Shown here: piece after piece, positions 9,517-20,198 of the stretch
Layout of the letters: the number at the start of each line of letters is the position of its first letter
How positions within the stretch are numbered: position 1 is the first letter of the stretch
Assembly: GCA_964619365.1 (NCBI GenBank)
Contig: CAZUDQ010000006.1
Location: 1-64,000, forward strand
Source: an uncultured archaeon
GTDB lineage: Archaea > Altiarchaeota > Altiarchaeia > JAFGQM01
Direction: 5' to 3'
Length of the DNA: 64,000 nt
Notes under the pieces: generated by a model
Database searches by the model: none
The model's input: the letters and a program-made list of their open reading frames with translations, nothing else
Told to the model about the DNA's origin: nothing
Made by a program: the position numbers and the translations under genes

Positions 9517-11625
9517 TTATTTGACAAGGACGCGCACGTCAAGCGCCCTTAGTCCTTCACCTTTTTCGTATACGCGAACCGGGTTTATCTCAATATCTGT
9601 GATACTTGGACACTTACAGACTATTGTTGATAGTTTTACAAGAGCATCGACAACCGAATCTATGTCGCGCGGCGACTCGCCACGCATTCCCTCAAGAAGT
9701 TTATAAGCCTTAGTCTCCCGTATCATACGCAATATCTCTTCGCGGGAAAGCGGCGTTGCCCTGAATGAAACGTCTTTTAGGAGCTCTACATAGATTCCGC
9801 CAAGACCGCACATTAGTGTCGGTCCGAATTTCTCGTCCTGACGGGCTCCGAGGATAAGCTCTGCACCCTGTCTTGCCATCTCCGATATCTCGACGCCTTC
9901 AATTGCTGCGTTTGGTACTGCTTTTGTGCAATTCTCAATTATCGTGTTATATGCGGTCTTTGTCGCATTTTCATCTCGTATGCCAAGTATTACTCCGCCG
10001 GAGTCGCTTTTGTGGAGGATATCTTTTGAGATTACCTTCATTACAACTGGGAATCCGATTTCTGATGCTTTTTTAACTGCGTCATCTGCGTTTTTTGCAA
10101 TCGCAGAACTTGGCATTTTAATTCCAGTTATCTCCATTAGCTTTGCGCCCTCATCAGCAAGAAGTGCCTTGCGCCCATCAACTATAGCGCGGCTTGCAAT
10201 CTCGCATATTGCATGGGTATCAATGTCGGCTATTGCGTCTTCTTCCTCTGAAAGCTCTGAAACGTAATTCTCATAACTGTACAGGGCACCCATGCACGAA
10301 ACTCCTTTGTAAACGTCATCAAAGGCCGGAATCCTCTTGTGGCGGAGTTCTACAATCGCGTTTTCAATGCGCTCTCCCCCGAATATGCAAAATAGAAGCG
10401 GCTTTCCTGCTTCGCGGTATTTGTTATAGTTTTCCTCAATCATTGGGGCAAGGTTCTCGTAGTCAAAGACTGCAGTCTCGCAGTATAGTGAGATGACAGA
10501 ATCGATATTCGGATTATTAAGTGCTGCCTCAAGTGCCTCGTTGTACTCTTTTGATGTCGCGCCGCCAGTTATGTCAACCGGATTTTTTGTCGAACCAAAA
10601 GAAGGTGTTGCGGGTTCAAACGTCTTTTTGAGGTCTTCCTGATTATCATAAAGGGGAACACCATACTTTTCACACGCATCAGCTGCCATCACACCGATAC
10701 CACCTCCATTGGTGATAATCGCTGTTTTTGTGTCCTTTGGCATTGGAACACGCCCTAAGAACTTGCACCAGTCAAAAGCCTCTGCAATCGATTCAGCGCG
10801 AAGGGCACCGCACTGGCGCATGATATCATCAAAAAGCTGGTCTGACCCTGCAAGAGAACCAGTGTGGGACGCGACGGCAAGTGCACCTCTTTTTGAGCGA
10901 CCGGATTTAATCACGATAACAGGCTTTTTGGCACTCGCCTTTTTTAGCGCCTTAACAAGGTTCTTGCCTTTTCTGACGCCTTCGATATAGATAAGGATTT
11001 TTTGGGTCTGTTCTTGTTCCATTAAGTATTCAAGAAGCTCGACTTCTGTGACATCGGCTTTGTTGCCAACTGAAACTATTGCAGAAAGTCCAATGTTCTC
11101 AACTGCTGTCTTTCCAATCATCGAAAGACCAAGGGCGCCTGACTGGGTGATAATTGCAACGTGGCCGTGCTGTATCTCATCTGGTCCGAATGTGGCATTA
11201 AGGGAAGACTCTGCTGAAAAGACTCCGAATATATTCGGCCCGATTACACGCGACCCGTTTGAGGTTGCGTAATCTACTATCTTTTTTTCTTCAGTGTGAT
11301 TTCCGATTTCAGAGAATCCTGATGTGATAATCGGGAGAAATTTTACGCCGGCGTCAGTACATTCTTTTACAGCGTCAAAAACGAATTTTGCAGGAACGCA
11401 TATGTCTGCAATATCAATGGGACCGGGACAGTCGGCAACAGAAGTATAAACTTTTTTTCCTAGGATTTCCCCGCCTTTTGGGTTTATAGGATATATATCG
11501 CCTTTGTATCCACCCTTGATGATGTTCTCAAGGACTTTGTATCCAATCTTATCAGTGTTGTGTGAAGCCCCAACTACTGCCACGCCCCGAGGCTTAAAAA
11601 GGTATTCCATATCTTGTGCTGCCAT
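9517..11625 (-). CDS. acdAB: ADP-forming acetyl-CoA synthetase (fused alpha+beta)
   Basis: CoA-binding VAVVGAS, GPN, SHTGSLAG phospho-His, NPVD, ATP-grasp HKSDSGGV and EINP; start set at MAAQD. Confidence 0.93.
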   Translation of the reverse strand: MAAQDMEYLFKPRGVAVVGASHNTDKIGYKVLENIIKGGYKGDIYPINPKGGEILGKKVYTSVADCPGPIDIADICVPAKFVFDAVKECTDAGVKFLPIITSGFSEIGNHTEEKKIVDYATSNGSRVIGPNIFGVFSAESSLNATFGPDEIQHGHVAIITQSGALGLSMIGKTAVENIGLSAIVSVGNKADVTEVELLEYLMEQEQTQKILIYIEGVRKGKNLVKALKKASAKKPVIVIKSGRSKRGALAVASHTGSLAGSDQLFDDIMRQCGALRAESIAEAFDWCKFLGRVPMPKDTKTAIITNGGGIGVMAADACEKYGVPLYDNQEDLKKTFEPATPSFGSTKNPVDITGGATSKEYNEALEAALNNPNIDSVISLYCETAVFDYENLAPMIEENYNKYREAGKPLLFCIFGGERIENAIVELRHKRIPAFDDVYKGVSCMGALYSYENYVSELSEEEDAIADIDTHAICEIASRAIVDGRKALLADEGAKLMEITGIKMPSSAIAKNADDAVKKASEIGFPVVMKVISKDILHKSDSGGVILGIRDENATKTAYNTIIENCTKAVPNAAIEGVEISEMARQGAELILGARQDEKFGPTLMCGLGGIYVELLKDVSFRATPLSREEILRMIRETKAYKLLEGMRGESPRDIDSVVDALVKLSTIVCKCPSITDIEINPVRVYEKGEGLRALDVRVLVK

Positions 11626-11826
11626 TTTTCCAATACTTGCATGTTTTGCAACCTGGATTTTTCTCCTTCTACTAAATCGGTCCTGGATCACAAGTCCGAC
11701 GAAGGTTAAAATAAAGTTACCGTGAAAGATGAACTATGAGTACCTAAAAACTAGGAGTTTTAAGGCGCTATATTTTAAGTTGCTTATTAAAAAGCTTACG
11801 CTTAGAAACTAGGTTTTTTGGTAAGC

Positions 11827-12624
11827 CTAAAAAGCCTTTGTGTGGCCTGAATCTATTATCGTAAGTTCGGCGACTGAAAACAACTCTAAAGGACAGTTTG
11901 CAACAGAACCGCTCTCGCGCATGACCTCACCAAACTTTGAATCATAAAAACCTGTGTTTTTCGTGACGATTGTCTCAAAGTCCTTAAAGCCTCCAAAATC
12001 CCCCATGAGAGTTACCTGTCCATCATAACGGATGGCGTCATTAAGGTCTGCTGCCGGGTCCCCAAGACCAAATTTTGCGGTGACATTACTTGTCGCCTTT
12101 GTTATCTTGAATTCATTGAATTTGTCCTCTGCAAGAAACATAAGGCGGAATATTGCTGTTTCTATTGCGCGTGCCGGAACATTGATATACTGGGCAAGAG
12201 AATCTTCTTGCGTTCGTATTATCTCTGCGCTTTCGATGCCTGCCTCCCTTAATTCTGAGATGACTTGAGAGTCTGATGCGTCGCCTTCAACACATATCAC
12301 GGGTGCTGGGTTATTTACTGCAAAGTCAAGCTTGTCAAAAATCCATGATGGCTTTTTTGCAATCAAGCGAAGCGAACCGCTCATGATAGTTTCAGAACCT
12401 ACGCTCCAACCGCCAAGCTGACAGCCAAGGGTCGCAAGAACAGGATGTTTCGTAACAGTTTTTACAACTATGTCATCATCACGTTTGTTATACTCAACGT
12501 TTCCAAAAAACCCCATGGAAGCTTCAGCAAATACCTGACCTGAAGCAAGATCTTCTGCCCACCAGACAGGAAATGAAGAATCTCCACCGCTGGGTTCCCC
12601 CATGCGCTTTTTGATTTCGCCCAT
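11827..12624 (-). CDS. mch: Methenyl-H4MPT cyclohydrolase-like protein (divergent, short)
   Basis: HP..A.LGCQLGGW, MSGS.R.IAKKP, ARAIET..FRL and NDAI.Y.G.V resemble Mch conserved blocks. Confidence 0.65.
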   Translation of the reverse strand: MGEIKKRMGEPSGGDSSFPVWWAEDLASGQVFAEASMGFFGNVEYNKRDDDIVVKTVTKHPVLATLGCQLGGWSVGSETIMSGSLRLIAKKPSWIFDKLDFAVNNPAPVICVEGDASDSQVISELREAGIESAEIIRTQEDSLAQYINVPARAIETAIFRLMFLAEDKFNEFKITKATSNVTAKFGLGDPAADLNDAIRYDGQVTLMGDFGGFKDFETIVTKNTGFYDSKFGEVMRESGSVANCPLELFSVAELTIIDSGHTKAF

Positions 12625-12656
12625 AGGATATTTACAAATAGTTTAATAAAACCGCC

Positions 12657-13814
12657 TTACTTTCTTAAGGCAAAAAAGAACAAAACAACAAAGATTGCGC
12701 CAAGTGCGCCCAGAACGAGCCATTCAATACTTAATGTCATGTTGCCTGCGACAAATGCTCCTGAAGGCGAATTACTTATATTCTCTGAAGAACTGGATGC
12801 TGCTGCGTTGCATGAGCTAAAGCATGTTGACGGGCAGTCTGCTGCGCCTGAAACTACTTCTTCGCCCCCATTTGCACAACACGTACCTCCACGCTGCTCA
12901 CAGGTATAAACAGTTGCCGGAACCTCATAAACAGGACACGAGCCACAGTCTAAGGAACATGACGAGCATGATTCACCAGCTTCACATATGCCGTCTCCAC
13001 AATATGCAATATTACAAGGTCCACAGTCAGCCGGACATGACGAGCATGACTCATCAGAAGAACAAATTCCGTTGCCACAATAACTCTGAGCACTACAATC
13101 TGAAGGACATGTGTAATAGGTTTCAGGATACTCACAACGCCCATCACCGCAATACGCTGTCGGCTTGAAATACTCGCTTACAAATATGCGCGTCTCGCGC
13201 TCTTCTGTTTCTCCGTCATCACCATAAACACGAACCTTGTACTCATGGTAACCTGGAACATTTTCGACTATTCCAAACTCTGCGGTGCAGCGTGTCGAGC
13301 CGCCACAATCCACGTAATCCTCATAATTGCGGTCAACATAAAGTCGTATTTTCTCAATGCCATCGTCATACTTAGCCTGCGTCTGAATCTCAAAATATGT
13401 GTTGGCATTAGGATTGTTTGGGACTGCATAGAAATATGTTATCTCAAGATTCTCGGGTTCATAATCTTCGCGAATCTGTATTCTTAGTTCTTTAGTCTCA
13501 TAATCACCGTCATCGTTATAGACCTTGACTTCATAATAGTAAAACCCATAATCGCGCTCATAGCTTTCAAATTCGACGTCACAGTGCTTGTCACCGTCAC
13601 AATACTTTGTTCCGATAAGGTCGCTGTCATCATCGTAAAGCTTTATTCTGTCAATACCATCTGAGTCATAAGCCTCGATAATGACGTCAAAATCTTCACC
13701 TTCATAAGGCTTTGAAGGATTTGTGTAGAACTCTTCTATGTCCGGGTCAGAACATAAAGCGACGCCTGGAATAAGAAGTAGTGCCAATGCGAATACTGCT
13801 ATAATCTTTTTCAT
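12657..13814 (-). CDS. Secreted/surface protein: two Ig-like repeats, Cys-rich CGDG.C...E....C..DC repeats, C-terminal anchor
   Basis: Signal peptide; duplicated A.YD.DGI..I.LY...Y.VKVY.DDG units; three CG(D/N)G repeats; SGAF followed by a TM helix and RK. Confidence 0.8.
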   Translation of the reverse strand: MKKIIAVFALALLLIPGVALCSDPDIEEFYTNPSKPYEGEDFDVIIEAYDSDGIDRIKLYDDDSDLIGTKYCDGDKHCDVEFESYERDYGFYYYEVKVYNDDGDYETKELRIQIREDYEPENLEITYFYAVPNNPNANTYFEIQTQAKYDDGIEKIRLYVDRNYEDYVDCGGSTRCTAEFGIVENVPGYHEYKVRVYGDDGETEERETRIFVSEYFKPTAYCGDGRCEYPETYYTCPSDCSAQSYCGNGICSSDESCSSCPADCGPCNIAYCGDGICEAGESCSSCSLDCGSCPVYEVPATVYTCEQRGGTCCANGGEEVVSGAADCPSTCFSSCNAAASSSSENISNSPSGAFVAGNMTLSIEWLVLGALGAIFVVLFFFALRK

Positions 13815-13879
13815 ATTGCCTTTTAATACATAGAAAAAGCATAAAAAGTATAGAAAGAGCTGATTTATCGCAATTGTCC

Positions 13880-14248
13880 TTATACGCCTAAGAATTCGGG
13901 AGATAATGAAAGCTTAAGGACCTTTCCTTTTTGTCGTGTTTCTATAAACCCTTTTTTCTTGAGCTTGCCTGTTGTTACTAAAAGCTCCTTTTTTGGTGCC
14001 GTAAGCCACTGCCTGATGTCGTCAAAAAACGCTTGACCACCCGCCTCAAGAAGCGCGTGCATAACAGAAAGCTCCCAACCATCAAGCTCGTCAAGCTTCT
14101 TTTTCATTTCAGGAGTCGGGTGAATCTTCTCTAGCTTAATCGGTTCTTTGTGGTGCGTCATTTTCATAATGACATAAAGTATGAGGAGGAATATTCCAAG
14201 AGCTAAAAAAAGCGCCGATACTGGAAAAGCGTCAAATCCGTTTGTCAT
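13880..14248 (-). CDS. Membrane-anchored winged-helix protein
   Basis: N-terminal TM helix; C-terminal L...E..V...L...GG...L.KKGFI...KG wHTH pattern. Confidence 0.65.
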   Translation of the reverse strand: MTNGFDAFPVSALFLALGIFLLILYVIMKMTHHKEPIKLEKIHPTPEMKKKLDELDGWELSVMHALLEAGGQAFFDDIRQWLTAPKKELLVTTGKLKKKGFIETRQKGKVLKLSLSPEFLGV

Positions 14249-15240
14249 TTCCTGCGTGCCCTCCTTTGTTTCTTCCTTGCCTTTTTTTGTTTGAGTTTTT
14301 CCTGTTCTCTTGCCCCTTTTTGTTTGAATTCCCCATGCAACTTGTCTATTCCCTTTTGTGAAGTGAGTGATTCAAGCTCTTTTAAGTTCTTGTCGCGCCG
14401 GGCTTCAAACTTGCTTCTTTTTCTTTTGGACATGCCTTCTAAGTTTGAAACTTGAACATCAGGTATTACTACGCGACCCTTTCTAATGTCAATTCCCATA
14501 TCTTCAACCCCCAAATTGGCACTTATTCCAGGGTGCTCCCTTTCAAGTTGTCTTAACTTACTCGTTATAGCCAGCATTTGGTTTTGAATTGGGTGTGAAC
14601 TTAAGTATTCAGGTTGATGTCTGACTAAATCACCCATTGGCATAAAATATTGTCGGCCGAGTACGCCCATTTCATTATTGGGTGGTATTGGATACAATCT
14701 TTTTTGTATTGTTACTGCAAGTGGAACTCCATTGAAGGTTCTTACGCCCTCGTGACTTTTGACAAGATGCTCTGATCCAAGGTAACGCGTCATAAGGTCG
14801 CGGTCGGCTTTTAGCCTGTTTGAGTATACCCATTCTGTATACGCTTTCTTGCCCATCTTGCGTCCTGCTCTCTTTGCACGCCATAAGGCAAAGTTTCTGC
14901 CCAGTTTTGTCGCATATGCCCCCGTTACCACGCGGTTTACTTGAGCTGCTTCATGCTGGTTTATGAATTCGTTTCTTTTTTCAATGTTCCCAGGGCGCTT
15001 GGAATCGATAAGGAGTACTCTTGAATTTGCTTTATTTGGCGAGTGGGAAGTCTTAATTATGTAAAGGTCGTTGGCATACTCATGTGCTGACTGGAATTCC
15101 CCGTTGCCCAAAAAACTCCCTATGGGGTATTTTAACGGTTTTACAGAAGCCTTGAGTCCTGCTACTGATGCGTTTTTTGATTGGCTCCTGTAATGTTTTC
15201 GGAAACTACTAACATCAATCTTTTGGGTTTTGGCTTCCAT
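14245..15240 (-). CDS. Highly basic orphan protein, possible (pseudo)kinase fold
   Basis: 331 aa, K/R-rich termini; FLGNGEF...YIIK and ANLGVED...VVIPD resemble degenerate kinase motifs. Confidence 0.6.
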   Translation of the reverse strand: MEAKTQKIDVSSFRKHYRSQSKNASVAGLKASVKPLKYPIGSFLGNGEFQSAHEYANDLYIIKTSHSPNKANSRVLLIDSKRPGNIEKRNEFINQHEAAQVNRVVTGAYATKLGRNFALWRAKRAGRKMGKKAYTEWVYSNRLKADRDLMTRYLGSEHLVKSHEGVRTFNGVPLAVTIQKRLYPIPPNNEMGVLGRQYFMPMGDLVRHQPEYLSSHPIQNQMLAITSKLRQLEREHPGISANLGVEDMGIDIRKGRVVIPDVQVSNLEGMSKRKRSKFEARRDKNLKELESLTSQKGIDKLHGEFKQKGAREQEKLKQKKARKKQRRARRK

Positions 15241-15277
15241 TTAGGGGTAATAAGATTTAAGGTAAAAGGGATATAAA

Positions 15278-15883
15278 TCACAGCGCGCGGGCAATTATTG
15301 CTTTTGCAACATCATCTTTTGAGCCTAAAAACGCCTCTTTTTTCTTGTCTGAAAATATCATGACACTCGTGTCATCAGAGCCAAATTCATTCTTTCTGAT
15401 ATCGTTTGCGACCAAGAAATCCAGTCCTTTTTTACTCCTGTAAGAATCAAACGCGTCTAAGGAAGTTCCCCACTCTGCCTTAAAACCCACGATTTTTAGC
15501 TCAGGAAATTCCGCCCTTACTGAATCAATTATTTTTGGGGTTGGCAAAAGATCTATAGTAAGTGCAGTTCCGCTTTTTATCTTGCCGTCTTTTTTTGCAG
15601 GGGAGAAGTCTGCAACTGCGGCACTTGAGATAAAACAGTCATAGTCGCCTGAACTAAGCTCGCTTAAAACAGCATCCCGCATCTCATTTGCTGTTGTGAC
15701 ATTAATCGTTTTGCAGTCAGGAAGTGATATTGAAACGGGTCCTGCAATTATTGTCGTTTCATTCCCAGAATCGATTACGGCTTTTGCAAGGGCAGTACCC
15801 ATCTTGCCGGAACTTGCGTTTGTGATGAACCTGACATCATCAATGGGTTCTCGCGTCGGCCCAAGGGTTATTAGGAATTTCAT
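15278..15883 (-). CDS. coaB: Phosphopantothenate--cysteine ligase (stand-alone CoaB)
   Basis: GPTREPIDDVRFITNASSGKMG, AAVADF, VGFKAE, VAND. Confidence 0.93.
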   Translation of the reverse strand: MKFLITLGPTREPIDDVRFITNASSGKMGTALAKAVIDSGNETTIIAGPVSISLPDCKTINVTTANEMRDAVLSELSSGDYDCFISSAAVADFSPAKKDGKIKSGTALTIDLLPTPKIIDSVRAEFPELKIVGFKAEWGTSLDAFDSYRSKKGLDFLVANDIRKNEFGSDDTSVMIFSDKKKEAFLGSKDDVAKAIIARAL

Positions 15884-15887
15884 TTCC

Positions 15888-16469
15888 TTAGAAAAGATTT
15901 AGAACTAAATCACATACTAAATTATAATCGAGCTTTTCCTTTCCTTCCTCGCTTTTTGGTTCGATTATAGTAACGCCCGCTTCCCTTAGCTTCCTTAGAT
16001 TCTCTGCGACAAATGGATTTTTTGCCATTGACGCGTGCATTGCAGGAGCAATAGCGACTTTCATGCCTGAACCAAGGGCTGTTGTTGCAAATGTCGTCAC
16101 AGACGTATCATCAACGCCAGTTGCAATCTTTGAAATCGTGTTTGCAGTCGCGGGACATACTAGAAGAAGGTCTGCACGGCCGCTCCAGTCGCCACAATAA
16201 GAAACGTGCTCGCAAGCGCCCCCAATCTCGGTTATCGTCTTTTTGCCTGTGATGCATTCAAGGGCCCACGGGTGAATTATGTTTTGAGCCGCGTTTGACA
16301 TGACACACGTCACATCGGCACCATGGCGCATGAGTTCGCGTGCTATCTTTGGCGTCTCGATTGCAGCGATGCTTCCAGTTACTGCCAGGACTACTTTTTT
16401 CCCTGAAAGCTTATTAGACTTCGCACATGAAATTGTCTCCTGATGACAGGAAGGAAGCATCTTTTCCAT
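15888..16469 (-). CDS. coaC: Phosphopantothenoylcysteine decarboxylase (stand-alone CoaC flavoprotein)
   Basis: VTGSIAA, EHV, PATANTISK..G..D, APAMH. Confidence 0.9.
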   Translation of the reverse strand: MEKMLPSCHQETISCAKSNKLSGKKVVLAVTGSIAAIETPKIARELMRHGADVTCVMSNAAQNIIHPWALECITGKKTITEIGGACEHVSYCGDWSGRADLLLVCPATANTISKIATGVDDTSVTTFATTALGSGMKVAIAPAMHASMAKNPFVAENLRKLREAGVTIIEPKSEEGKEKLDYNLVCDLVLNLF

Positions 16470-16546
16470 TTCTTCCTTTTTGAAGGCTCTAGTATTAAAG
16501 CTTTATAGCATAAGTCTTCAAAATAAGAAAATCATACTAAGCCAGA

Positions 16547-18010
16547 ATGGAAGTAAAAATACTTGATACCACTCTAAGGGACGGCGAACAGACGCCAGGC
16601 GTCTCACTTTCGCCTAAGGACAAGCTGGATTTGGCTAAGGCCATAGACTCCCTTGGTATCGACTTCATGGAGGCGGGATCTGCCTGCACAAGTCCGGGGG
16701 AAGCAAAGAGTATAAAACTCATTGCAAACGAAGGTCTTTCCTGTAAGGTGTTTTCATTCTCAAGAGTTACTGAAAAAGATGTTGACCTCTGTCGTTCCTG
16801 TGATGTAGATGGTCTCTTTCTTGTCGCACCGACAAGTGAGGAGCACATAAAATACAAGCTTAAGAGTACGCCTGAGGATTTCCTTGCCCACTTAGATAAA
16901 ACGGTTGATTACGCGCGGGACTATGGTCTTTACATCGACCTCTGTTGTGAGGACGGCTCACGGACCGAAATAGACTACATGAAAAAGATAATTGACGTTC
17001 TTGGAGACAGAATAGATCGCTTTACAATAGCTGACACGGTAGGTGCCTCAACGCCGGAAAAAATGGCAGGTTTTTTCACTGAACTCTGCGCGTACAAAAA
17101 GATGAGCTACGGCGTGCACTGCCACGATGATGTCGGGATGGCTGTGGCAAACACAGTTGCCTCAATAAGAGCAGGAGCAGATACTGCTGATGTTACGATA
17201 AACGGACTTGGGGAGCGTGCCGGAAACGCGCCGATTGAGGAGGTAGTGGCAAGCCTTGAATTACTTTATGGCTACAAAACTAACATAAACACTGAAAAGA
17301 TTTATGAGGTCTCGCGCCTTGTTGAAGATTTGATGGGGGTTCCCGTGCAGCCAAATAAGGCACTTGTCGGGAAAAACAGCTTCCGCCATGAGTCAGGAAT
17401 ACACGTTGACGGACTCCTTAAACACGCCGGGACTTATGAATTTGTCAAACCTGAATACGTGGGACGAAAGAAGATATTTGGTTTTGGAAAGCATGTGGGT
17501 GGAAAAGGCTTAAAGGCTATACTTGATGCCCTGAAGATTGAAGTGACTGAGGAAGAGTTCATGGCGGTATTTAACGAGATAAAACGCATGGGCGACTCAG
17601 GAAAGTCTGTGACTGACGCAGACCTCCTTGCAATAGTGCGCACTGTAAAAGGCGCCGGTGGAAACGAGTTCCTTAAACTTAAGGACTTAAAGATAAGTTC
17701 CGGGACAAACGTAAAGCCTTCGGCAACAGTCGTTGTCGAGATAAACGGCAAAGAGGCAACAGAAAGTGCTGAAGGCAATGGCCCAGTAAATGCGGCGATA
17801 TCAGCGATAATGAACGCTGTGGGAGATAAAACAATAAGCCTTGAGGAGTACCATGTCGATGCGATAACCGGCGGCACGGACGCTAATGTCTCGGTGACAG
17901 TTCGCATGAAATCTGAAGATAAAGTGATAACGGCTTCTGGAGTGGACTGTGATATAATAACGGCATCAGTTGAGGCTATAATCTCTGGGATCAATGGCCT
18001 TAAAAGCTAA
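16547..18010 (+). CDS. 2-isopropylmalate/citramalate synthase family (LeuA/CimA)
   Basis: [33 protein letters not shown]-terminal LeuA allosteric domain (GNGPVNA). Confidence 0.9.
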   Translation: MEVKILDTTLRDGEQTPGVSLSPKDKLDLAKAIDSLGIDFMEAGSACTSPGEAKSIKLIANEGLSCKVFSFSRVTEKDVDLCRSCDVDGLFLVAPTSEEHIKYKLKSTPEDFLAHLDKTVDYARDYGLYIDLCCEDGSRTEIDYMKKIIDVLGDRIDRFTIADTVGASTPEKMAGFFTELCAYKKMSYGVHCHDDVGMAVANTVASIRAGADTADVTINGLGERAGNAPIEEVVASLELLYGYKTNINTEKIYEVSRLVEDLMGVPVQPNKALVGKNSFRHESGIHVDGLLKHAGTYEFVKPEYVGRKKIFGFGKHVGGKGLKAILDALKIEVTEEEFMAVFNEIKRMGDSGKSVTDADLLAIVRTVKGAGGNEFLKLKDLKISSGTNVKPSATVVVEINGKEATESAEGNGPVNAAISAIMNAVGDKTISLEEYHVDAITGGTDANVSVTVRMKSEDKVITASGVDCDIITASVEAIISGINGLKS

Positions 18011-18011
18011 A

Positions 18012-18452
18012 ATGGCGTCAAGATCAAGCAAGCCGCTCAGTAATCAAACAATAAGAAGAAGGCTCAGTATATGCCACAATGTTGTCCCAAAAGGTATGTA
18101 CCACGTTGAGGGAAGCGCGGAGGCTATGAGGCGGGGATTTCTTACAAAAAAGCAACTGGAAGATCTTGGGAGACTTGGCCTTTTTGATGGCAAAATAAAT
18201 CCCAGATTTCAAAAGAATCCAGAATTGTTTAAAAAGGCCAAAGTAAAAGCCTATAATGACTTCCTAAAACGATATAAGAGATTTATAGTCCCGGTTGAAG
18301 AAGGCTTCAGGCAAGGGATAGATGAAGGAAACCATAAGGTGTTGCCAAAGGGCGTCAACCAAGAAAGATTAGGTCAATTTAAGTCTCAACTAAATAATTG
18401 GGCTATGTCACAGAGTTATAAAATTGATGCGCACAAGCTAAATAAGACTTAG
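18012..18452 (+). CDS. Basic orphan protein
   Basis: AAAATG start (MASRSSKP) just after the synthase stop; K/R-rich, no recognisable motif. Confidence 0.55.
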   Translation: MASRSSKPLSNQTIRRRLSICHNVVPKGMYHVEGSAEAMRRGFLTKKQLEDLGRLGLFDGKINPRFQKNPELFKKAKVKAYNDFLKRYKRFIVPVEEGFRQGIDEGNHKVLPKGVNQERLGQFKSQLNNWAMSQSYKIDAHKLNKT

Positions 18453-18686
18453 ATTGCAAGAACCTCGTCGTTAGAGTAAAGTTGTTTTTTGGCAATAAGA
18501 TTGAGAACACGGCAAGTATTAAATTCATTATTATTATTGCAAGAATCGAAGTCTTAAGCGCGTCTGCCATCGAACTGTCTGCTATTCTTTCAAGCTCGTC
18601 GTAAAATGCTTGCGGGTCTTTTAAATTATCTGTATAAACAATCAGGCCGCCCACCAGACATCTTTTTTTGAGGAGTCTTTTGCCAT
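18403..18686 (-). pseudogene. Possible frameshifted small membrane-protein remnant
   Basis: ATG at 18686 (MAKDSSKK) runs into an A7 tract; an alternative frame continues into the 83-aa ORF with a TM helix. Confidence 0.3.
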
Positions 18687-18768
18687 GTTTTACAGAGATA
18701 TTAAGTCTCTAATGTTAAAAATATCTCTTTGCTATTTTTATTTATCCCCCCGTTCTCTTAAAAGAAAA

Positions 18769-20169
18769 ATGGCGTCCAAATCAAAAACACTCAAAAAGAT
18801 AAAGGGGAAAGTCGGTGAGGATACTTTTGAGCCGACTTACGGCAGAAGATATTTTGATTCGACCGTTCCAAGAAACGAGATTCCGGAAGGAGATATGTCG
18901 CCTGATGCTGCTTATCAGATAATAAGCGACGAACTCAATCTTGACGGCAACACCACCCTTAACCTTGCCAGTTTCGTTACGACTTGGATGGACCCTCAGG
19001 CCAGACAACTCTATCTGGATACGTTAAATAAGAATTTTATAGACTTTGACGAATACCCTCAGACTGAAACTATCCATAACCGCGTTGTCGAGATGACCTG
19101 GAAACTCCTTAACGGGCCCAAAGGATGCATTCCGACAGGGACTGCAACAATAGGCTCATCTGAAGCCATAATGCTCGGACTTCTTGCCCACAAGTGGAAG
19201 TGGAAAGAGCACATGAAGGCAAAAGGAAAAGACTGCTCAAAACCAAATATTGTAATGGGTGCTGACGTTCACACCTGTTGGGAGAAATTTGCCAAGTACT
19301 TTGATGTTGAGATGAAGCTTATTCCAATGGAAGTGGGACGCTATGTTATAGGACCAAAAGAAGTGGCACCCCTGCTTGATGAAAACACGATTGCAGTTGG
19401 CGCAATACTTGGAACAACATTTACAGGACAAATAGATGATATTGCAGGAATCAACAAGCTCCTTCTTAAAGTCAAAAAGGAAAAAGGCTGGGACATCCCG
19501 ATTCACGTTGACGGGGCAAGCGGTGGATTTATCGCGCCCTTTGTGTATCCAGAAGTGAAATGGGACTTCCGTTTAGAACAGGTAAAATCGATAAATGTCT
19601 CAAACCATAAATTTGGTCTTGTTTATCCCGGGATGGGAACAGTTGTCTTCCGCGATAAGGTCGATTTGCCTGAAGAACTTATCTTTAAGATAAACTATCT
19701 CGGAGGTGAGATGGAGAATTACAGCCTAAACTTCTCACGAGGAGCGAGTACGGTACTTTTACAATACTACAACTACCTAAGGCTCGGAAAGAAAGGATAT
19801 CGTGATATAATGAATAATATCATGGAGAACGCGAAATATCTTGAAGCTGCACTTGTTAAAACAAAACACTTTAAGATTTTAAACGCTGCCAAATACCTGC
19901 CTGTTGTTGCTGTGACACTTACCGGTAAAAGAGATTATACTGTCTTTGATGTTTCCGAAAAGCTAAGAGAGCGCGGGTGGATAGTCCCGGCTTACACACT
20001 TCCTGCAAACGCAGAAAAAATCGCAGTGTTGCGCATGGTCGTTAAGGAGAACTTCAGTCGGGACATGGGAGAACTCCTGATTGCAGACATAAAAAGAGCC
20101 ATCGCAAAGCTTGAAGGAACTTATGAGAGGAAGCCTCTACATAATAGGAATAAACGGCGAGCCTGTTAA
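18769..20169 (+). CDS. gadB: Glutamate decarboxylase (GadA/B type, PLP)
   Basis: [45 protein letters not shown]. Confidence 0.95.
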   Translation: MASKSKTLKKIKGKVGEDTFEPTYGRRYFDSTVPRNEIPEGDMSPDAAYQIISDELNLDGNTTLNLASFVTTWMDPQARQLYLDTLNKNFIDFDEYPQTETIHNRVVEMTWKLLNGPKGCIPTGTATIGSSEAIMLGLLAHKWKWKEHMKAKGKDCSKPNIVMGADVHTCWEKFAKYFDVEMKLIPMEVGRYVIGPKEVAPLLDENTIAVGAILGTTFTGQIDDIAGINKLLLKVKKEKGWDIPIHVDGASGGFIAPFVYPEVKWDFRLEQVKSINVSNHKFGLVYPGMGTVVFRDKVDLPEELIFKINYLGGEMENYSLNFSRGASTVLLQYYNYLRLGKKGYRDIMNNIMENAKYLEAALVKTKHFKILNAAKYLPVVAVTLTGKRDYTVFDVSEKLRERGWIVPAYTLPANAEKIAVLRMVVKENFSRDMGELLIADIKRAIAKLEGTYERKPLHNRNKRRAC

Positions 20170-20198
20170 AAAAATTAACAAAACTATATAAAACTAAA

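Noticed and set aside
14860-14900. LWRAKRAG in the 14245 orphan as a WRTRG-motif copy
   Set aside because: Only 3-4 residues match and the downstream GG / L..IS pattern is missing.
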